A DNA stretch of 64,000 nucleotides, from contig CP009479.1 of the NCBI GenBank assembly GCA_000965745.1, forward strand, positions 1,408,001 to 1,472,000, given 5' to 3'. Below, one piece after another: positions 19,404 through 29,358 of this stretch. Position 1 is the first letter of the stretch. Every line of letters starts with the position of its first letter. Both the position numbers and the translations under genes were made by a program. This DNA comes from an uncultured archaeon (GTDB lineage Archaea > Thermoplasmatota > Thermoplasmata > Thermoplasmatales > Thermoplasmataceae). The notes under the pieces were generated by a model, which did not search any database, was not told where the DNA came from, and was given only the letters and a program-made list of their open reading frames with translations.

Positions 19404-20162
19404 ATGGTGCTGGTTGAGGAAGAAACTCTTTCCGGAACACATACGAACTGCATAAGCGTAAACGACGTTACCAAATCCTACGGAAAGAACCCGGCACTCA
19501 GCGGATTGAGTTTTTCCATCCCATGCGGAGAGAAATATTCCCTGATTGGTCCAAATGGCGCAGGGAAATCCACGACTCTAAAGCTCCTTGTAGGGCTGCT
19601 TGTTCCTGACAGGGGGTCTGTATCTATTGACGGCATTGACCCTACAACAAAGAGGGCCAAGAAACTCATTGGATACCTTCCAGAAGACGCGTCCCCGTAC
19701 AATACTCTTTCAGTGAGGGAGAACCTGGAATACATTGGTGCGATAAGGGAAGTCCAGAATCTGAGGGAGCGGGTTGATCAGCTCATTTACGAAATGGGCC
19801 TTTCTGAATATGAAAAATCCAAGGTAAGCAAACTCTCAAGGGGGAACAGGCAGAAACTTGCAGTTGCACTGTCGGTGATCCATGAACCGGACATACTGCT
19901 TCTCGATGAACCGCTGAATTACCTCGATATTCCCACCCAGGAAAAGACGATCTCCATCTTTGACAGGCTTAATGCAACCGTTCTCGTATCAACGCACATA
20001 ATGTCAATTGCTGAAAGGCTTACTCACGGGGCAATTGTGATATCCAGGGGAAGAACAATCTGGGACGGCACTATGGAACAGCTTAAACAGCTTGGGGACC
20101 CGACGGAAGCCATTGAAAAAATTGTAATGAGGTTGATGACTGGTGCAGCCCCGACTCATTAG
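19404..20162 (+). CDS. ABC transporter ATP-binding protein
   Basis: GPNGAGKST, LSRGNRQ signature, LLLDEP, STH. Confidence 0.93.
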   Translation: MVLVEEETLSGTHTNCISVNDVTKSYGKNPALSGLSFSIPCGEKYSLIGPNGAGKSTTLKLLVGLLVPDRGSVSIDGIDPTTKRAKKLIGYLPEDASPYNTLSVRENLEYIGAIREVQNLRERVDQLIYEMGLSEYEKSKVSKLSRGNRQKLAVALSVIHEPDILLLDEPLNYLDIPTQEKTISIFDRLNATVLVSTHIMSIAERLTHGAIVISRGRTIWDGTMEQLKQLGDPTEAIEKIVMRLMTGAAPTH

Positions 20163-21555
20163 GCTCCTGATAGCCTCCCGCTTTTCCAGGCCATTGATAG
20201 GGGTTATGATATTCGTTCTTGTTTACTCTGTTCTCATGGGCTTCTTTGTTCCGCCGGAAGCTGTGCAGATGGGGGAGTTCTGGACATATTATATCATAGG
20301 AATCACTGCGTTTTTCCTCATACTGATGACCATGATCGGTGGAATCGCGATAATGAAATCGGACCTCGATTATCTCTTCACTCTGCCCCTTAGCAGGAGG
20401 GAACTTGCAGTCAGCTTCTATATAACACAGTTCCTTGCGACAGGAATATCATACGTTCTGCTTTTTGGGTACGTTTTCATCTTCATCCAGGGAACCTCTG
20501 CTGAAAAATTGATGCTGGCAGGCGACATGGTTCTGATCGGGCTTTTGCAGACAGCTTTGAGCATAGTTTCATTCAGGCTCGAAACGAGACAGAAGGCACT
20601 TCTTGCCGGAGCTATGGGAGTATATGCTCTTCTGCCACTTGCCGGTTTTAGCTACTCGTTCACTTCGATTTTTACTGGGCACATACTGGAGGGAACAATA
20701 GTAATCGTGATCCTGAATGTTATTTTCAATTACCTCGCGCTGACCCAGCTGAGCACCATCGAACTTGGCTTTACAAAAATCACATCAATAAGGTCATCCG
20801 CAGAATACAAAACCACTGAGAAATTCGTAGGGCTTTCCCAGAGGGCGGCAATTGTAAGAAGGTACCTTTCAGAAATCAGTTTTACCGGAAGGTTCAACCT
20901 GGGAGGAAGCGTCAGCGTTAGAGTATCCCGAATCAGGCTCAGGACACTTCTCATTCCGGTAGCTGCAATTGCAGTTGTTTACGGATACTTTGCACTCATT
21001 TTTAATCCTGCTGACGGTTCTCCCGGAGTGGCAGTAGTCCTTTCCATGATGTACCTCGGGATATTCATTCCAATGTTCTTCCCCGAAGTATTCTCGCATG
21101 AGAGGGCATGGCTTGCGTTTTCTTCAATGACTGCTAAAAACTACTGGACTTACATTGTTTATGCAAAGGTGATACAGACATTCGCCATGATGCTGCCATT
21201 CATAGGGGTGAATATTGTTCTCGCTATCATTGGAGTATCGGGTGCAGTAAATGCAATAATATATCTTGGTATGGTGCTGCCAACTTCCCCGTTGATATCA
21301 CTTTACTTCTCAGGCAAATACTCCCCGGCCCAGGTGATTGACATGGAGACCCTTCCTGCCGAGTTCAGCCTCAGGCAACTCGCAACCCTGGTTCCGGTCA
21401 TATTTTTCACTGCAGCGGCAATCGTCTCGATGTTTTCCATCATCCTTGCATTGGTGTGTGGTGCATTCTTTATCACGATTGCTCTTGCAATTCTAATGGG
21501 GAACAAGAGATGGAACAGAATAGTTTACAGGCTTACAGAGAAAGGATTCGTTTAG
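20143..21555 (+). CDS. Polytopic membrane protein, putative ABC exporter permease
   Basis: Overlaps the ATPase gene; about 12 TM helices; SDLDYLFTLPLSRREL motif typical of exporter permeases. Confidence 0.75.
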   Translation: MQPRLIRLLIASRFSRPLIGVMIFVLVYSVLMGFFVPPEAVQMGEFWTYYIIGITAFFLILMTMIGGIAIMKSDLDYLFTLPLSRRELAVSFYITQFLATGISYVLLFGYVFIFIQGTSAEKLMLAGDMVLIGLLQTALSIVSFRLETRQKALLAGAMGVYALLPLAGFSYSFTSIFTGHILEGTIVIVILNVIFNYLALTQLSTIELGFTKITSIRSSAEYKTTEKFVGLSQRAAIVRRYLSEISFTGRFNLGGSVSVRVSRIRLRTLLIPVAAIAVVYGYFALIFNPADGSPGVAVVLSMMYLGIFIPMFFPEVFSHERAWLAFSSMTAKNYWTYIVYAKVIQTFAMMLPFIGVNIVLAIIGVSGAVNAIIYLGMVLPTSPLISLYFSGKYSPAQVIDMETLPAEFSLRQLATLVPVIFFTAAAIVSMFSIILALVCGAFFITIALAILMGNKRWNRIVYRLTEKGFV

Positions 21556-21620
21556 ATGGAAGAAAAAAGTAAAGAGATGGTTACAAAAAGCTGAAACATC
21601 ATCAGGTATAAAATGGAAGT

Positions 21621-23570
21621 TCAGTTTGACGCTTCCCGCCTGAACCCCTCAATGGCATCTTTTATTTCTTCTACCGATGCAGAATTTTCCAAGGTGCTGA
21701 TATCGCCCGGCACTTCGTTAAGGGCCACAGCTTTGACAACACGCCTCATTATCTTTCCGCTTCTGGTCTTGGGAAGCCCCTTCACCACATGTATTTCTTC
21801 CGGAACATATATTGGGCCAAGATCCGCCCTTATTTTCTTCCTGAGTTTTCCTACAATCTCCCCATCCTGTTCGTACTGGTCCTTTACGACAATGAAAGCT
21901 ACGATAACCTCTCCCTTGACCTTGTCCGGCCTGCCGAACACTGCTGCCTCGGCAACCTCATGGGATGCTATGAGTGCGTCCTCGATCTCTATGGTCCCTA
22001 GTCTGTGGCCGGATATGTTCAGTACTTCGTCAGCCCTGCCTAGCAGCCAGAAGTATCCGTCATTATCCTTTATTGCATAGTCTCCGCAGTAATACATTCC
22101 ATTGAACTTCTCGAAATAAGTCCTCTTGAACCTTTCAGGATCGTTATTGAGGGTCATGAACATCCCGGGCCACGGCCTCTTATACGCAATAAACCCTTTT
22201 TCTCCCGGTGCCACCTCAATCCCATTCTCATCCAGTATTACCGGGTCCACTCCGGGCATTGGAAAAGTGCCCGATCCAGGCTTCAGAGGAGGGAGCCCCA
22301 GGCCAAGTGGCGGTGCAATCATGAAGCCTCCCGTTTCAGTCTGCCAGTAAGTATCAATGATAGGGCTGTTGGATTTTCCTATAATGTCATAATACCACTT
22401 CCATGCTGCTGGATTTATCGGCTCCCCAACCGTCCCCAGAACTCTGAGGGAACTCAGGTCATGCATTTCGGGGTATTTCTCGCCGTATCTCATCAGCGTC
22501 CTGATTGCCGTGGGTGAGGTGTAGAGCAGATTCACCCTGTACCTCTCTATGAGCTCCCACATTCTGTCGGGACCCGGGTAAGTTATGGCCCCTTCGTACA
22601 TTATCGAAGTGAGGCCAAGGAAAAGTGGGGCAAACACAATGTAGCTATGGCCGGTAACCCAGCCTATGTCTGCCGCACACCACCACCTGTCATCCTCCTG
22701 GGGGTTGAACGCCCATTTCATGGTGTTTGCCACCCAAACAGAATAGCCGCCATTTCCATGGACGGCGCCTTTGGGCTTTCCAGTTGTTCCTGAGGTATAA
22801 AGGATGTAAAGGGGATCATTGGCGTCCATCCACTCCGGCTCAACATAAATCTGTTTTCTGCTTACGATATCGTGCCACCAAATGTCTCTCCCCTCCTGCA
22901 TCTGGATGTCGTTTCTCCCCCTCCTGACGACAACAACGGACTCCACTGATGACACCTGGACAAGTGCCTCATCCACAATGTCCTTAAGCTTGACCATTTT
23001 TCCTCCACGTTGGAATCCGTCAGCAGTAATGACCAGCTTTGCCTTTGAATCATTCATTCTCTCTGCAAGTGCTCCGGCACCAAATCCAGCAAAGACAAAA
23101 GAGAATACGGCCCCAATCCTGGCCGCGGCAAGCATGGCTACGGGAGCTTCCAGGATCATCGGGAGATAGATTATGATCCGATCACCTTTCTTTATGCCAA
23201 GGTCTTTTAAGGACTTGGCAAAATTATTTACACGGAGATAAAGGCCATCGTATGTTACAATTTTCTCCTCGTCGTTTTCACTTATCCAGATAAAAGCCGC
23301 TTTGTTCCTCCTGTTTCTATTAACATGCCTGTCAAGGGCATTGTACGAGGCGTTAATCTTGCCGTTTGGAAACCACTTGTAGAACGGGGCTTCAGATTCG
23401 TCAAGGACCTTGTCCCATTTCTGAAACCAGTCAAGGACTTGAGCTTGTTTCTCCCAGAATGCATCTGGTTTTTCCAATGACTCATTGTAAACCTGCTTGT
23501 AGGTTTCAATACCGGGATGAAAAACCTCGCTCATAGGAAGAACGTTACTCTGTGTTTTGCTTTTGGCCAT
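21621..23570 (-). CDS. acs: Acetate--CoA ligase (AMP-forming)
   Basis: YTSGTTGKPKG, WCAADIGWVTGH, GEPINP, DTYWQTETGG, PKTRSGKIMRR. Confidence 0.96.
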   Translation of the reverse strand: MAKSKTQSNVLPMSEVFHPGIETYKQVYNESLEKPDAFWEKQAQVLDWFQKWDKVLDESEAPFYKWFPNGKINASYNALDRHVNRNRRNKAAFIWISENDEEKIVTYDGLYLRVNNFAKSLKDLGIKKGDRIIIYLPMILEAPVAMLAAARIGAVFSFVFAGFGAGALAERMNDSKAKLVITADGFQRGGKMVKLKDIVDEALVQVSSVESVVVVRRGRNDIQMQEGRDIWWHDIVSRKQIYVEPEWMDANDPLYILYTSGTTGKPKGAVHGNGGYSVWVANTMKWAFNPQEDDRWWCAADIGWVTGHSYIVFAPLFLGLTSIMYEGAITYPGPDRMWELIERYRVNLLYTSPTAIRTLMRYGEKYPEMHDLSSLRVLGTVGEPINPAAWKWYYDIIGKSNSPIIDTYWQTETGGFMIAPPLGLGLPPLKPGSGTFPMPGVDPVILDENGIEVAPGEKGFIAYKRPWPGMFMTLNNDPERFKRTYFEKFNGMYYCGDYAIKDNDGYFWLLGRADEVLNISGHRLGTIEIEDALIASHEVAEAAVFGRPDKVKGEVIVAFIVVKDQYEQDGEIVGKLRKKIRADLGPIYVPEEIHVVKGLPKTRSGKIMRRVVKAVALNEVPGDISTLENSASVEEIKDAIEGFRREASN

Positions 23571-23740
23571 ACAGGAAACAAAGGAATTGTTGTAGATTAA
23601 TCTTATGAATTACTTAATATTTAAAGCGATACATTAAATTACTACGATCCACAATATGTAAAAATCTTAAGGAACACGCTAAATGAATTGCGCATGCTTA
23701 ACCTCTGACACCCATATTCCGCATGGGAGTTCTGGATAGA

Positions 23741-23813
23741 CGCCCCGGCCGGGATTTGGACCCGGGTCACGGGCTCGACAGGCCCGTATGATAGGCCGCT
23801 ACACTACCGGGGC
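23741..23813 (-). tRNA. tRNA-Asp (GTC), intronless, CCA not encoded
   Basis: GCCCCGG/CCGGGGC acceptor stem, CGGGC-CTGTCGA-GCCCG anticodon arm, CCGGG-TCCAAAT-CCCGG T arm, G73; TATA-like element upstream. Confidence 0.95.
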
Positions 23814-23971
23814 TGATAGGTAAATAGGAAGGATTTATTTATAGGTTAGCTGATTCAGAATAGAATTAGACGAATGCTGTGCAGAAAAGAGGCATGTATT
23901 TAGACAACTTTAAATACGTATAAGTTTGCTTAAATAATATGGAAGCATTCTCAAACATAAACCCCTGACGA

Positions 23972-25255
23972 GTGATAATGATGCTTGACGGAATGATTAG
24001 GCTTGTGGCTTGGACGCAGAACGACTCCTACAAATCACTCGAAGAAGTGCTCTCCATACCCGAAGAAAAGTGGAAAGAGAAACTTCAGGAGTACGGAGTC
24101 ACGAATTATGTTCTGATATCAACGTGCAACAGGTTTGAAATATATTATAGTTCACCAGCTGATTTGAATGGGATTTTTAAGGAAGAAAGCGCGTTGAAAA
24201 TGTCAGGGTCGCAGGCACTTGAACATCTTTTCAGGGTTACTGCCGGCCTCGAATCCATGTCTGTTGGAGAACATGAGATTCTCCACCAGGTCAAAGAGGC
24301 TTTTGACAAAGCTACTTCCGAAAAACACGCACACGATCCACTGGCATTCATATTCAGAAGGGCCCTAAGCTCAGGAAAACTAGTCAGGAAAGATACAGAC
24401 ATTTCAAAGGGAAAGGTCTCAATTCCGGCTCTTTCAATGGATATTCTCCAAAAGAAGTTTGGCGTTTCGGGCAGAAGGGTCGCTGTTGTGGGCACAGGAA
24501 AGATGGCCTCAGACATCCTCAAGTATATACAGAAGCTGGGTCCAAAACAAATAATCGTTCTTGGAAGATCAGACGACAAAACAGCCGCTTTTGCAAAGGC
24601 ATTCAAGGTCAGGTGGAAAAACATATCCTCCATCGGGAACGTTATCAATGAAAACGATGTGGTTGTAACCGCGACCTCGTCCAAGGACTTGCTTGTCAAA
24701 AGGGGAATGATTTCCGGGAAAGAACAGAGGAAGGTATTCCTTGACATATCAAATCCAAGAAATGTTGAAGCCCCGGAGGAAAGTGATTTTTACGACCTCA
24801 TTGATCTAGCATCGCTTAAGCCGATACTGGAGCGCAACAGATCAAATAAGGTGAAGGAGATAAGTCACGCAAAAGAGATCGTAGACTTACAGACTGAGTC
24901 GATTATATCGAAGCTTTCCAAACTCGAAATGGAGAATTTGATCGCAAGCCTTTACAAACGTGCCGAAGAATTGAAGGAGCACGAAATTTCAAAACTGAAG
25001 AGGGCACTTGCCTCCGGAGTTGATTTTGAGGATGCGCTAGAAGCCATGTCCTCCGCACTGGTAAAGAAACTGCTGGCATCTCAGACTGAGGTTTTAAGAA
25101 ACGTGCATGGCACAAGGGTAACTGGAGATATAAGAGAAGCCATAGAAGGTGCCTATTTTGGTAAACCCACTAAAACTTCCTCGAAGAAATCTCGAGGTCG
25201 CCGAGATAACCAAAATCAACAAGACCAAACTCCTCAGTTATCCCGAACACCCTGA
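23972..25255 (+). CDS. hemA: Glutamyl-tRNA reductase
   Basis: STCNRFEIY, HLFRVTAGLESM, GEHEILHQVK, GTGKMA, DISNPRNV. Confidence 0.93.
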   Translation: MIMMLDGMIRLVAWTQNDSYKSLEEVLSIPEEKWKEKLQEYGVTNYVLISTCNRFEIYYSSPADLNGIFKEESALKMSGSQALEHLFRVTAGLESMSVGEHEILHQVKEAFDKATSEKHAHDPLAFIFRRALSSGKLVRKDTDISKGKVSIPALSMDILQKKFGVSGRRVAVVGTGKMASDILKYIQKLGPKQIIVLGRSDDKTAAFAKAFKVRWKNISSIGNVINENDVVVTATSSKDLLVKRGMISGKEQRKVFLDISNPRNVEAPEESDFYDLIDLASLKPILERNRSNKVKEISHAKEIVDLQTESIISKLSKLEMENLIASLYKRAEELKEHEISKLKRALASGVDFEDALEAMSSALVKKLLASQTEVLRNVHGTRVTGDIREAIEGAYFGKPTKTSSKKSRGRRDNQNQQDQTPQLSRTP

Positions 25256-25910
25256 ATTTCTTGGCATCGGTGTGCTTTAGTACAGGCGTGAAGTGCTCTT
25301 CGCTGAGCAAGGATTCTGTTACGTCAGTTCCCGATGAGAAAAAGCTCATTGCAGGGGTGATTAGAACATTGGAATTTTCATTGTAGATGAAGGCAGGTAC
25401 CTTGAAGATCCCTCCTATCCGGTCTCTCAAAACAAAGGACGGGTGCTCGTGGCCGATTATTGTCAACTTCTTCAGTGACCTGTCCTTATCCCCATGGTAG
25501 ATGTAATACCGGTCCGTTTCATAGGTCTCGTACAGATCTATGTCCCTGTTCTTCAGAATGGTCATCAGGTAGTTGTCATGGTTTCCCCTTACGAAGATCA
25601 GTTTCACCTGCTTCCTGTAGCGGTCAATGAAGTGTTTTATGTCGGTCCATTCCTGAGGAAGATTCTTTGAAAACTCATGCTTGAAATCGCCGTTTATTAT
25701 CAGTTTGTCAATCTTGTACCGATCAACTATCCTGTCCACCATCGACTCAACATGGTCCCTTTGCAACTTTGGCAAAAAAAGTCCATGGAGGTTCATCTCC
25801 TCCTCAAAGCCCAGATGCAGGTCAGAAATAACAGCTGCATTCTCATCCCTGAGGTATACGCAATGTAGGTCTGAAATGAATACGTCCCTGGCAACCTGAA
25901 TGTCCTGCAA
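25170..25910 (-). CDS. Calcineurin-like metallophosphoesterase (ICC-like, archaeal)
   Basis: DLHLG, NGDFKH, GNHD, HG, GHEHP motifs. Confidence 0.88.
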   Translation of the reverse strand: MQDIQVARDVFISDLHCVYLRDENAAVISDLHLGFEEEMNLHGLFLPKLQRDHVESMVDRIVDRYKIDKLIINGDFKHEFSKNLPQEWTDIKHFIDRYRKQVKLIFVRGNHDNYLMTILKNRDIDLYETYETDRYYIYHGDKDRSLKKLTIIGHEHPSFVLRDRIGGIFKVPAFIYNENSNVLITPAMSFFSSGTDVTESLLSEEHFTPVLKHTDAKKFRVFGITEEFGLVDFGYLGDLEISSRKF

Positions 25911-25993
25911 TTCCCCTGGTCATTCCAGTATAAAGCTTAACCTTTTTCAGATCGAAAAGGCAATCTCAAAATACAGATTTCGTATGGTCGATC

Positions 25994-26812
25994 ATGATCC
26001 AAATTTCAAGCTCATCAGGAAAGGCTGCTCTCGAAGAAAAAGGTGCATATCTTAGATCACTTGCTCTAGGAGGGCAGGACATCATTAAAGGGTCCGCCGA
26101 TGGAAAACCCACTCACGGGGGGTCAGCGGTCCTCATCCCTTACGCTGGAAGGGTGAAGAACGCAACTTACACTTTCGAAGGAAAGAAATACGACCTTCCT
26201 GAAAATAACGGAGAACACAGCATACATGGATACCTCAAGGACGTATTGTGGAGCGTGAAGGAGAAGAGCGAGGACAGCGTCACCTTTTCATCAGACTTCT
26301 CTGATACAGGCTATCCATCTTCAATACACACAGAGATTGAATACAGGATTGGTGGCCAGGATCTAACTGTGATCACTTCTGTTAGGAACTCAGGCACTGA
26401 AGATATTCCATTGCTCATAGGCTTTCACCCATATTTCATCACAGGAGTTGCATGGGCGCTGTCGCATACGGAACCATTGCGCAAACTGAACTTTGAGGAG
26501 GGATTCTTTCCCGACGGAACATATGAAGACATTGATTTCAACAGAATGAAAAATCCTCAGGATATGAGCTTTGACAACTCTTATGTAGGGGGTGGTGAGA
26601 TAACACTCTCAAGAAAAGGGGGAAGTATAGTCATAAGGAGGACAAACATGCCATATCTTGTAATTTACAATGGCACTTATTCCGAGGGGAAGTCAGTTGC
26701 CATTGAACCTATGACCGGTGCACCCGATGCTTTCAATAATGGCATCGGCCTTATCACGGTTGAGCCCGGGAAATCCTTCAACTGCACTTTCAGTGTGGAA
26801 TTCAAGTTATGA
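25994..26812 (+). CDS. Aldose 1-epimerase (galactose mutarotase) family protein
   Basis: LIPYAGRV, HSIHG, GFHPYF, FDNSY, AIEPMT. Confidence 0.88.
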   Translation: MIQISSSSGKAALEEKGAYLRSLALGGQDIIKGSADGKPTHGGSAVLIPYAGRVKNATYTFEGKKYDLPENNGEHSIHGYLKDVLWSVKEKSEDSVTFSSDFSDTGYPSSIHTEIEYRIGGQDLTVITSVRNSGTEDIPLLIGFHPYFITGVAWALSHTEPLRKLNFEEGFFPDGTYEDIDFNRMKNPQDMSFDNSYVGGGEITLSRKGGSIVIRRTNMPYLVIYNGTYSEGKSVAIEPMTGAPDAFNNGIGLITVEPGKSFNCTFSVEFKL

Positions 26813-26852
26813 GGCCGCAAAAAAATTAATCGCTAAACCTGTTTAGCTATCC

Positions 26853-27980
26853 ATGAAGATTGTAAGGGCATCAACACTTTACAACGGTGAGTCTCTGCTT
26901 AAGGATGTTTATGTGGGGTTTGACGAAACCATCGAGTACGTTGGCAAGGAGAAACCTGAAGGGGAAATGATCGGCGAAGGTGTTGTCACCCCTGCTTTTG
27001 TGGACGGGCACAGCCATATAGGAATGGCCAGGGCAGGAGAACCGAGTGGCGAGGATGAGTCAAACGAACAGATGGATTCGCTATTTCCCCTGGTCAATGC
27101 ACTTCATTCCATATACATGGATGACAGTGCCTTTGCAGAATCAGTGGAGTCCGGGGTGCTCTATTCAACAATTCTTCCCGGGAGCGGTAACCCCATCGGG
27201 GGAAGAGCGGTCCTGGTGAGGAATTTCGGCAGAAACATCCGCGAATCCTATATCAAAGACATAGGGGTCAAGGCGGCACTCGGCTACAACCCAAGAAGCA
27301 CAACTGAATGGAAAGGCAGGCGGCCTACAACGAGAATGGGTGCGGTTGCACTTCTTCGAGAGGGGTTTACAAAAGCGCAGAAAGCGATGGCACTTGTAAA
27401 ACTCGGTAAGAAACTTCCCGAAGAGATTGAGCCAGTGGATGAAGTATTTATGGACATTCTCAGTGGAAAACTGAAAATGATGGTTCACCTTCACAGGGAG
27501 GATGACGCTTTCGTCCTTCTCGACCTGATCAGGGAGTTCAAGATAAGGGCAGTTCTCAACCATGGGATGGACATCTACAGGGAAGAGACATTCACCTTCC
27601 TTAAGGAGAATGGGGTGGATCTTATATATGGCCCGCTCGACTCACACCCGTACAAAGTGGAACTCAAACATGAAACCTGGAGGAATACGGAGAAGGTCCT
27701 GAAGTCCGGAATTAACTTCGGTCTTATGAGCGACCACCCCGTTATCCTTCAGAGAAACATGTTCTACACCTTGAGGCACTTCATGAGGTTTGGACTCACC
27801 CGTGAGAATGCAATATCAAAAGTCACATCGGAAACTGCGAGAATTATAGGTGCAGACGGCATAGGCTCAGTGAAGAACGGATTCAAGGCTTCGCTGGTGC
27901 TATGGAACGGCGATCCCTTCTCCCTAGACGGGCACCCTTCCCTGGTGGTGGGTGAGGGAAATGTGGTGTATGAAGATTGA
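26853..27980 (+). CDS. Amidohydrolase family protein
   Basis: PAFVDGHSHIG (HxH), VHLH, NHG, SDHP, ASLVLWNGDP. Confidence 0.85.
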   Translation: MKIVRASTLYNGESLLKDVYVGFDETIEYVGKEKPEGEMIGEGVVTPAFVDGHSHIGMARAGEPSGEDESNEQMDSLFPLVNALHSIYMDDSAFAESVESGVLYSTILPGSGNPIGGRAVLVRNFGRNIRESYIKDIGVKAALGYNPRSTTEWKGRRPTTRMGAVALLREGFTKAQKAMALVKLGKKLPEEIEPVDEVFMDILSGKLKMMVHLHREDDAFVLLDLIREFKIRAVLNHGMDIYREETFTFLKENGVDLIYGPLDSHPYKVELKHETWRNTEKVLKSGINFGLMSDHPVILQRNMFYTLRHFMRFGLTRENAISKVTSETARIIGADGIGSVKNGFKASLVLWNGDPFSLDGHPSLVVGEGNVVYED

Positions 27981-28060
27981 TGTCTTTTGACCACTCCAAT
28001 CTAAAATAGCTATATCTATTCAGACGTAACCATTAAAAGAGCAACTATCATTACTGATCT

Positions 28061-28336
28061 ATGCCCAAAGATGACAGGGTATGCACAGAAGTACTGAATG
28101 AAATTATCAGCAGGTACAGCAGAATAGCCTTCGAGAAAGGAGGCGAAGAGAAGGAAGAAGCCACCCTAGGAGTCGTGGAGCAGAAAAACGGGACTGAAGA
28201 AGAATTCTGGGCATGGTTTTGCAAAGAGATGAAAAACAAAAGCTTCAGGGACTGTTTTGAAAAGAGTGAAAGGGAAGACTTTTACGGCTCTCTTTCCGCT
28301 GTCAGGAAAGAATACGATTCAAGGTGCAAGGATTAG
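28061..28336 (+). CDS. Small acidic hypothetical protein with four Cys
   Basis: 91-aa ORF with protein-like composition; no family recognised. Confidence 0.65.
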   Translation: MPKDDRVCTEVLNEIISRYSRIAFEKGGEEKEEATLGVVEQKNGTEEEFWAWFCKEMKNKSFRDCFEKSEREDFYGSLSAVRKEYDSRCKD

Positions 28337-28458
28337 CCTTCTGGCCGAATAACAGAAAACACAACTGGTTTCCTTCTCTCTTCATAGCTTCATCTTGCCT
28401 TGGCGCAGGGAACCACTACCGTTTAATACGAAGATTTTATGTTTAAAGCTAGAGACTG

Positions 28459-29358
28459 ATGAAGTGCACCGTCTGTAATTACAACTCCAGCAGCATGGAT
28501 TATGCGGACCTCGGTGGCCATTTCATTGACATGGCATCAGAAAGTGATGCCGATCACATAATGTGGCTGAACCGTTTTATAACTAAATCAAAAACAGGGA
28601 GGCAGGACCTTGCCAATATGCTCAGGGAGTTCTTTGAGCTTAATGAATCTGGCCTCAAGAGGTGGATCATAAACAGATTTGTGTCAAACTTCTTCTCTGA
28701 ACCACCGCACCTGTTCATAGGGGCCATGCAATCACCTGAAAGAAAGGTGCTCCTGGGGTATGTGGTGGAGCATCACCACTTTCTGAAGCAATGGATCAAA
28801 TCATGCGCTTACGTCATAGCAAAGACGGATAATGAGGATGTGCAGATGTACGAAATGGAAAACATAATGGCTGAAATGCACGGTTTCGGATCAAAAACAC
28901 CATCACATCATGAACTTCTACTCAGAATGGGGGAATCACTCGGACTGCCGCGAGAAACGGTTCTAATGTCCGAACCCCTGCCCGCAACAAGAAAGGCTAT
29001 TGAACTCTGGGGAAATTTATCCAGAAACTCTCACTGGATAGAAATAATGGCAGCAATGCACTCTCTGGAACTCATAGCAACAAGGGGGCTTGAAAAATAT
29101 GGTGCGAAATACTCTTACTTCGACCCAGCCATCTTCCAGAGGTCCGATATTCCAAATGAAGTTAAAGATTTCTTGAGAGAGGGCTACGACGCCGACGCTT
29201 CCCATTCGGATGAGGCTTTGAACCTTATTGAAAAATATTCAGATGAGTATGGGGACATCCAGGCCATACAGGCAACATTCATCAGGTCGATGGTGGCTTT
29301 TGACAGCTACCTTAACGCAAGGCTGGAAAGGGGCGAGCAATATGAAAACGAATTATGA
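28459..29358 (+). CDS. C2H2-type Zn-finger fused to a heme-oxygenase-like (TenA/PqqC/CADD-like) domain
   Basis: N-terminal CTVC...H...H; ENIMAE...SHHELLLRMGESLG, SLE, DADASH resemble PqqC/CADD metal-ligand segments. Confidence 0.75.
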   Translation: MKCTVCNYNSSSMDYADLGGHFIDMASESDADHIMWLNRFITKSKTGRQDLANMLREFFELNESGLKRWIINRFVSNFFSEPPHLFIGAMQSPERKVLLGYVVEHHHFLKQWIKSCAYVIAKTDNEDVQMYEMENIMAEMHGFGSKTPSHHELLLRMGESLGLPRETVLMSEPLPATRKAIELWGNLSRNSHWIEIMAAMHSLELIATRGLEKYGAKYSYFDPAIFQRSDIPNEVKDFLREGYDADASHSDEALNLIEKYSDEYGDIQAIQATFIRSMVAFDSYLNARLERGEQYENEL

